A DNA stretch of 55,867 nucleotides, the filler included, from Sphacelaria rigidula (taxonomy: Eukaryota), in the NCBI GenBank assembly GCA_964200075.2. It is 5 parts of 5 records of this genome, joined end to end, with 100 filler letters (N's around TTAATTAATTAA, not from the genome) between each part and the next. Parts side by side here need not be neighbours in the genome. Positions count along the whole stretch, not along the records: positions 44,776 to 55,867 come from CAXNAA020005399.1; 4 more parts are not named here. One strand, given 5' to 3'. Position numbers and translations under genes: made by a program. Positions 49,570 to 55,867 of the stretch are shown here, one piece after another; within the stretch, counting starts at the first letter, position 1, and each line of letters opens with the position of its first letter. The notes under the pieces are model-generated. The model saw only the letters and a list, made by a program, of their open reading frames with translations, made no database searches and was not told where the DNA came from.

Positions 49570-49837
49570 TGTGACGAAAATACGCCGTTGCGTTGAGTTG
49601 GTAGTGATGATCTGGATAATGACTGGGGGCACGGGGATCCTGGAGGATTCTGGGAGGGTTCTGGATAATGACCAGGGACACGAGGATCATACCCTGCGTG
49701 TCCAGGAGGTTGGTGCCTGGCAGGGCACTCCTGATAATGAGATGTTGTGAAGGCTGATAACTAAAACTGAGACCAGTAAGACCAGGGAGTCCCTCAACAG
49801 CAGTGATCCACCAGTTCTTCTTCTGGCTGCCGTCGCA
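49570..49837 (+). repeat. Probable 3' LTR
   Basis: TGTGACG..CGTCGCA termini just after the pol stop and a short G-rich tract. Confidence 0.6.
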
Positions 49838-50539
49838 GGATGCACGTTTTTGACCAAAGGTGTTCTGAGGCTGCATACTAAGGCCCAGATGTTTGTCACC
49901 AGGAGACTTCTACCGAACAGAGCCTCAGAAAAATATTGTGCACGCCTACCGTAGAATCAATCCCTCCCTGGTTACTGCGGTACGTGTCGGGCAAGCACTC
50001 TGCTTTTGTTTCGTACGACAGCGTGATTGCGCCACTGCTGTGGTTCACCGTTCAACGACAGAAGTGTTGCTCTCCAATTTAGAGGGGTTCGTACTTGGCT
50101 TCGTGTTTTGTTTACACCGCGCATTCGTGTTCAAAAGAAATGCATGTAGTAGTGCTGTTTGAGCCCGATACGCTAGCCACGAACAGGTTCGATCATCAGT
50201 GTACAGCATACGGCCTATCAATCAACCCGGTTCAGAGCGTCATACTGATTATCCTTTGCAACACGCGCGGGTTCATGTATGTGTGTGAACTCGAGTATGC
50301 ATTTGTTTAGCCCCTAATCGAATTTTCGTTCCCTGATGAGCACTCAGCACACGTCATGACGGCCAGAGGTGAAATCACTTCCTCGTTAACTGAGATCGCT
50401 CTCTACAAGCGCTTCGGCGGGAGCCGCAGATGACTTGTAGATATAGAATGTTTATTTCGCTTCAGATCGTCCAATACCCGTCAATCATGCACGAGTCGGT
50501 ACGTATGGTAACTATTATGTGGACGATCGGCTAATACTC

Positions 50540-50750
50540 TGTAATGCGTGAGAGGACCACGTGCTTAGAGGACCGCATCCGAATTTGAACACCCCTATGA
50601 TTAGGGTTAGGGTTAGGATTAGTGTTGGGGTTAGGGTCAGGGGCGTGTTACCTGCAGGGACTGACCTGATCGGTGTTGAAAAACGTCGATCCTGACGTAT
50701 TTTGAACTACGGCGCGGTCCTCTAAGCACGCCGTCCTCTCACGCATTACA
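50540..50750. mobile_element. MITE with TGT..ACA ends, 4-bp TSD and internal TTAGGG repeats
   Basis: 37-bp TIR TGTAATGCGTGAGAGGACCACGTGCTTAGAGGACCGC / GCGGTCCTCTAAGCACGCCGTCCTCTCACGCATTACA; TSD ACTC; ttagggttagggttaggattagtgttggggttaggg at 50601-50636. Confidence 0.88.
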
Positions 50751-51546
50751 ACTCGCTCATCATACAGTACACGAGTTGGTGAATAGATATAATAGTCATG
50801 TGTCCGATCGGAAAATACTCGCTAATTATGCACGAGCTGGTCGTCAACCTTCTGCGGTATAATGATGTGCGTGAGGAACCCACGATCGGACTAGTCAAAA
50901 AAGTGTCCCACATTGTACCCGACTAGGAGCGAATGGAGGAGCCTGGGCTATCACAAGAATTGATCTACCCCCGTCTTCTCTTATCGGCTGCTGATCTCTC
51001 CTTGGTCCGTGTGGCCTTGCGGCTTTCCTTGTGGTTGTGCTTTCGTACAGGCTCTACTACTGTGTACCTGGGCTTCATGGCTTCCATTCTGGCCGGTATT
51101 TTGACGATTTTGACCGAACTTCGGCCGCAAAACATTGGATACAGCTTGTCGCGCAGCTATAGAGTGTACGTAAAGGTGTGATTACTTTCAATGCAAGGAG
51201 GGAATTGAAAATGTTCGAATATTGATTAGTTTGCTAATTTTGGGAATAGGCAACATGTGATCACGCGAGGCGATTAGTGCCGCCAGCACTCCCATTTGTT
51301 CGCCATGGTAACTCCGCATGCTGTGGGCACAGAGCTGACACCCCTGTCGTCACAGATATCATCGAACGACTGCGTTGACACATCACATCACTCGACAACA
51401 CGAACGAAGATACCTTCCCGCATTGCAAGTAATACCGCCGAAATATACTCCTGTGAGGCAATCATCGCATAACAAAAAAAGTGCTGCAGTACCCTAAACC
51501 CCCCGCGCCCCGGCCGCATCGCGACTCAAACGTTTTCTGTCCGCAG

Positions 51547-53919
51547 GCGGGACAGGCTTTACATGTGTACTACACGCATCTTTCCGCCGATGTTGAGAAG
51601 TCGCAAGCCCTGACGACTGTGTACTCCAACCTCTGGATATCACGGTCCACCATTCAAACACTCATCGACCGCTGCGAGAGTAGGAGGCAGCTTGGATCCA
51701 GTGATGAACGTACGGGCACAGAGAGCACTGTCTCCACCCCCGAGGTGCAGTTAAGGATGGCGAAGAAAATCGATCATATCAACTCCATCGGGCAGGCAGT
51801 GACAGTGCGTCTTCTGCAGCGCTGGCTCGCCAGTAGCCCCGATGCAAGCGATCCCCACGACGAAGACCGCGAACCGCTCAACGTTGCGGAAAGTACCGTG
51901 GCGCGCTGGCTGGGGCAAATGGGCTACCGCTCGCAGGAGGCAAAGGCAAGATATCGCGTGACGGAGGAACGAAAAGCGCGAAAATTGGAATTCCTCATCG
52001 ATTTTTCGGAGGCGAAGAAAAAAGAAATGTCCGGAGAGTATGTGATTGCGTTTATGGACGAGTCATACCTCCATGTAGGCCACCGCATGACGAAATCGAT
52101 TTTCCCCGAAGGGTAAAATAGGTCGGTGAATACTGCCCGGGCTGGAAAGCGCATGATCCTTGTCCATGCCATCACCGAGGATGGACCTCTTGTCGCCAAG
52201 GAACACTGCGACCCAGATACGGGCATCCCGAAACCCGAAGCGTGGTTTCATGCCCGCAGTTCGACAGCATGTCCGCGTCTCGGTGGCGGCGCTGGTGTTG
52301 CCGGTGGACGGGGGGCGCGTAGGAAACGGAACAGTACCGGGAAGAGCGATGGCGATGGCGATGTCGGAGGCGGGGGCGGGGATGCCGACGGCAGGAAACG
52401 ACGCGCCACCAGTGGGGGGGGGCATCCAACCACGGGTGATGAGGCGGCCCCCAGACGGGGACCAAACATTCGCCATGTCGCCCGTGCTCGTGCGAACACG
52501 AGACATCAAGAAAATGAATATGGTGGCGCTCAGGGAGGACGCGCCGGAGGCGACGGGATGGTGGCCGGCCGAAATGCACCGCAGCCTTCTAGCGATGGCA
52601 ACGATCGTTCGGGACGCATCCTCAGGAGCAACACCTTGGCCACGAACGGCAACAGGGCGACCTCGGGCGGAGACGAGGGTGCTGGCCGTATCGGGAGCGG
52701 CGCCGCGGGTGCTGGCAATGGCCGCATTGCAAACATGAAGGAGAACGTAGCCGACGAAGGTGGGGCCAGCGCACGGGTCCAGCGGAGGGGGGGGACAACG
52801 TCCGCGCGGTCTAGGGCTGCGGGTGACGGCGGTGTCAAGGGTAACGCGACAGGGGGGGCGTACTCATGTAACGCGACAGGGAGGCGGCAGCACGCTAATA
52901 CTAATTCTGGCTCGGGTAAAGGCAAAGGTGCGGCGAATCGTCGACGTGGACCGGTGGGCGATGCAAGCGGGCGCCAGGTGCCTCCTCACATCGAGAGTTC
53001 CTCTGCCGCAAGTGAGGCGATGCCTACGGGGAGTAACAAACGCGACGACGGCGCGACCTCTGCTTCCCGCGTACACATCGATAAGTTGTTCACTGCCGAG
53101 CTGCTGTTCGAAGCGGGGGAGAAATCGGCGACGTCCGATTACCACAAAAGCATGGACGCCGACATGTTCGAGCAGTGGTTGGAGAAGCGATTTCTCCCCA
53201 CTTTCCAGAAAAAGTACCCGGGAAAGAGGGTCATCTTAGTACTCGACAATGCAGCATATCACCACGGCATGCCGAAAGGGTGGAAGAACCCGTTGCAGGG
53301 CACGAAAGAGGCCAACGCCGATAGACTGCGGCAACTCGGCGTCGATGCCATCGACGTACAGACGGATCTGGGAATTCGGCACTTCAAGGTGCCGGCGGAA
53401 AACGCAAAATGGGCACCTGCACCAAGTGGCCCGAGCAAGGAACAGGTGGCGCTGGCCACATACCAGTACATGAAGAGGCTGGCGCCGGAGCAGCTCATGA
53501 CCCGGACAGAGCTTTTTTTCAAGAAGCACGACATCGGCTACTTGATATTCACACCTCCATACTGCCCGACGCTGCAGCCCATCGAGCTTTTCTGGGCACA
53601 CGGAAAGAACTACGTAGCCCGCATATTCCAGGTGGGTCGAACGATGTTGCAAGCATGGGCTCAACTGCGTGAGGGTTGGTATGGGAGGCGAAATGGTGAT
53701 GCTGTGGAAGGGGCCGCGGACTGCGGCAAGCTCGTCCAACACTGCCTTCGGGAAGTGCAGAACTTCATCGACCGTGATGACGTGTTGAGCGGAACGTACA
53801 AAGCCCTCAAGGGTAAGCCCGAAGTGTACAAGGTGAGCAAGGAATGCGGGTTGGTGGAGGCGGATGAGGACTTCGTGAACGACGGCGGCGACGACTCCAC
53901 CACCGATGCGAGGTCGTGA
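51547..53919 (+). mobile_element. IS630/Tc1/mariner transposase, Sailor(DD82E)-like, DD112E spacing, single in-frame TAA at 52114-52116
   Basis: ORFs 51481..52116 and 52126..53919 are in the same frame. HTH-like NVAESTVARWLGQMGY; FMDESY (D at 52057); GKRMILVHAITEDG; DYHKSMDADMFEQW; LDNAAYH (D at 53245); FTPPYCPTLQPIELFW (E at 53584). Acceptor-like ttttctgtccgcag at 51546 suggests an upstream exon. Confidence 0.9.
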
Positions 53920-55867
53920 CTCTGTGAAGGCGAGGGGAGAAGGTGATTTCGGTTGCGGCCCGAAAACGACGGCCGGTATAGATTTTGCTGGGTACTTTCG
54001 CAGACGAACACTGATGTGAATCCTCGGCACGGTTGACCGTTATATCATCGGGGTTTTATGATATACTGTTGAGATATCCCCGGGTCATGTGCGCCGGAGG
54101 CTTCATGCAGTCGTTTCCGCGGTTCCTGGTCTTCGTTGGGGCCGTGACTTACAACTGGGTGTACATTTGAATGCAGGGGTTCTCTTCCTTTAGTTTTCTT
54201 TGCTTTAGAATATTTTCCTTTATTTTGTTCTAGACCGATGATCTCTTTCTGTGCTTTTGTTGTTGTTGTTGTTGTTGTTTTCTTTCACGTCTTGGTCTGC
54301 GGAGTCGTCCCGTTGAATGTTTTACAGTAGTGTTCCCTCTTCTTCACCATAGCGTGTTCCCGTCTTTTTTTTCTTCGTACGTCTACGGCGTGACGGCGGG
54401 GGAATCCCTGGCGAAGCAGTCACAGAGCGATAATCAATCAATCATCAATCCACCAATCAAAGGGGGCCACATCGCCATTGGATAACGTGTACACTTGTAC
54501 TGCACTGTAGACTTTGCGCAGCAGGTGATCAATCGTCCGTGGTTGTGTCCTTGCCGCCATTTTGTTGGTTGTACTGCACGGTTGGCGTCTGTTACCCGTG
54601 TTGGCAGCTGCCACTGAACACTGGGAATTCGAATTTGCACAATGCATCTGATTTATGTCCGGCCTCGATTTACTGTATTTGCAGAAATGTTCGGCGTAAC
54701 AGTGTGTCATTGCTAAACTCGCGCGTGCCGTGAGAACAAAAGTACTCGTGTGGATGAGTTCTACTGTGCTTCACAGTGACAAAAACAACAATGAACTATC
54801 GGACTGTCGCCACGTCTGCCAAATAGAAACCCGATGAATACTCCACAAGCATGGGACATGTGTCGCCTTGAGCGGAGAACATGACCTGCCCCAGCAAGAC
54901 AACGTCATTCAATCAATGACCGGTCCGGATACTGTTCTGCGAATGCCTTTCCGTTGGCCTGCGAGTGTGGGTGAAAGGGAATCGTCCTGCTTGACAGCAA
55001 ATATGCTCGGGCACATTCGAAAAAACATAAGGTGCATTAGTGATTTTCTTTCGAAAAGGATGCGGGTGGAAGTGTTCGAAACAATTCTTTTTCACCACGC
55101 AGCGGGGGCGGCGCCACGGCCATCAGCCCTGGCACACACGCTCCCTTAGATAAATCAAACGCCTGAAACACTTCGGGGTAAAACACTTTCACCTCGCACA
55201 AGGGTGACAAAAACACCCTCCGACACCACGGTTCTTTCCACTCACTAAGAGACATATCGTAGCGACAACGACGTGATGGCAGACAACACGATCAAGACTG
55301 CACCCATAAGAACCCCAACATACAGCATAGTGTACAAAAGCAGAACGTGAACAAAAAAAATGCACACGCGAGTGTGTTCACCAGACGCTCCCATCACGCC
55401 CAAGGATACCATACAGACACATTCCTACATTCCTTCGTCCCAGCATCCTGTACCCCACCGCCGGCGGGGCGTACTCCTTCAGCCGTCGGTTCCGCGCGTC
55501 CCAGCACCGAACCCCCTCCCCCCACCTACCTTCTCTCCCGCCGACTGTCCCGTACAGGCCCTGGCAGTAAGGGATGCTTCATCCATCAATGGTTCACGAA
55601 CAGAGATCGCCACGACCTCCAATCGTACCCACCACCTCCATCGGTGTCTCAGGCACACTTTCCTCTTCTGTAGAGAGATCTTCCTCCCCTGCAGCGGCTT
55701 GTGTATTCTCTTCCAAGTCTGCTTCAGCGGCTTGTGTATCCTTTTCCGAGTCTGAGGTTTGGCGAGCACTCATTCGCGCTGATCCATCACCAGCGCGGTC
55801 ACCAGCAACTGCAGCCACTGCGGCACCGAATCTCGGAGACTTTTCGTTGTCAGACATCGATTGAATA

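Larger units (their letters stand above)
45614..49837 (+). mobile_element. Decayed Ty3/gypsy LTR retrotransposon with a chromodomain-like C-terminus (5' LTR missing)
   Basis: Gag knuckle CHCCGQVGHYARDC (45788-45829); protease-like FAIMPGSDDVILLG; RT N-terminus (WSSP..PKK); RNase H (PLAFLGG..WATIDKEG..IFTDHRNL); integrase (H..AGH..C, HFDFL, WVSD, AYSPWS, WTGPWRV); LVEWLGFE..TLEP. Order is PR-RT-RH-IN, with several frameshifts. Confidence 0.92.

Noticed and set aside
52113..52121. 9-nt GT..AG micro-intron (GTAAAATAG) that would remove the stop
   Set aside because: Far too short for spliceosomal excision; a nonsense mutation is simpler.
50765..54162. TIR pair for the transposase element (TA|CACGAGTTG at about 50770 versus CAACTGGGTG|TA at about 54160)
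   Set aside because: The match is only about 9 bp with an indel. The right end is plausible, but no convincing left TIR was found.
53920..55867. Fanzor/TnpB cargo next to the Tc1/mariner-type transposase
   Set aside because: No RuvC or zinc-finger motifs are recognisable in any frame. The minus-strand ORF 55594..55857 is low-complexity and unassignable.

Overview
Eukaryotic, intron- and repeat-rich DNA. It is most likely a brown alga or similar stramenopile, inferred from gene style and TTAGGG motifs and not provable here. The window is not one locus. It is five size-sorted contigs (1-11095, 11196-22289, 22390-33482, 33583-44675, 44776-55867; lengths 11095, 11094, 11093, 11093, 11092) joined by an artificial N44-TTAATTAATTAA-N44 linker. 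Contig 1 carries six spliced exons of the DNA polymerase epsilon catalytic subunit, one intron apparently being GC-AG. Contig 2 carries a roughly 12-exon uncharacterised gene with an EF-hand-like segment. Contig 3 holds the 3' exons of an unknown gene and the last exons of an MsrA. Contig 4 holds exons of a probable membrane protein among many foldback and tandem repeats. Contig 5 holds a decayed chromodomain Ty3/gypsy element and a Sailor-like IS630/Tc1/mariner transposase with DD112E spacing and a roughly 300-aa Gly/Arg-rich in-frame insertion. Introns and intergenic DNA are packed with tRNA-derived SINEs and MITEs. The most interesting signals are the unusual transposase, two SINE families sharing a conserved central domain, two unrelated MITEs carrying internal telomere repeats, a nested-palindrome element and a poly-C-associated short repeat. 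No CRISPR array, rRNA or convincing tRNA gene was found.
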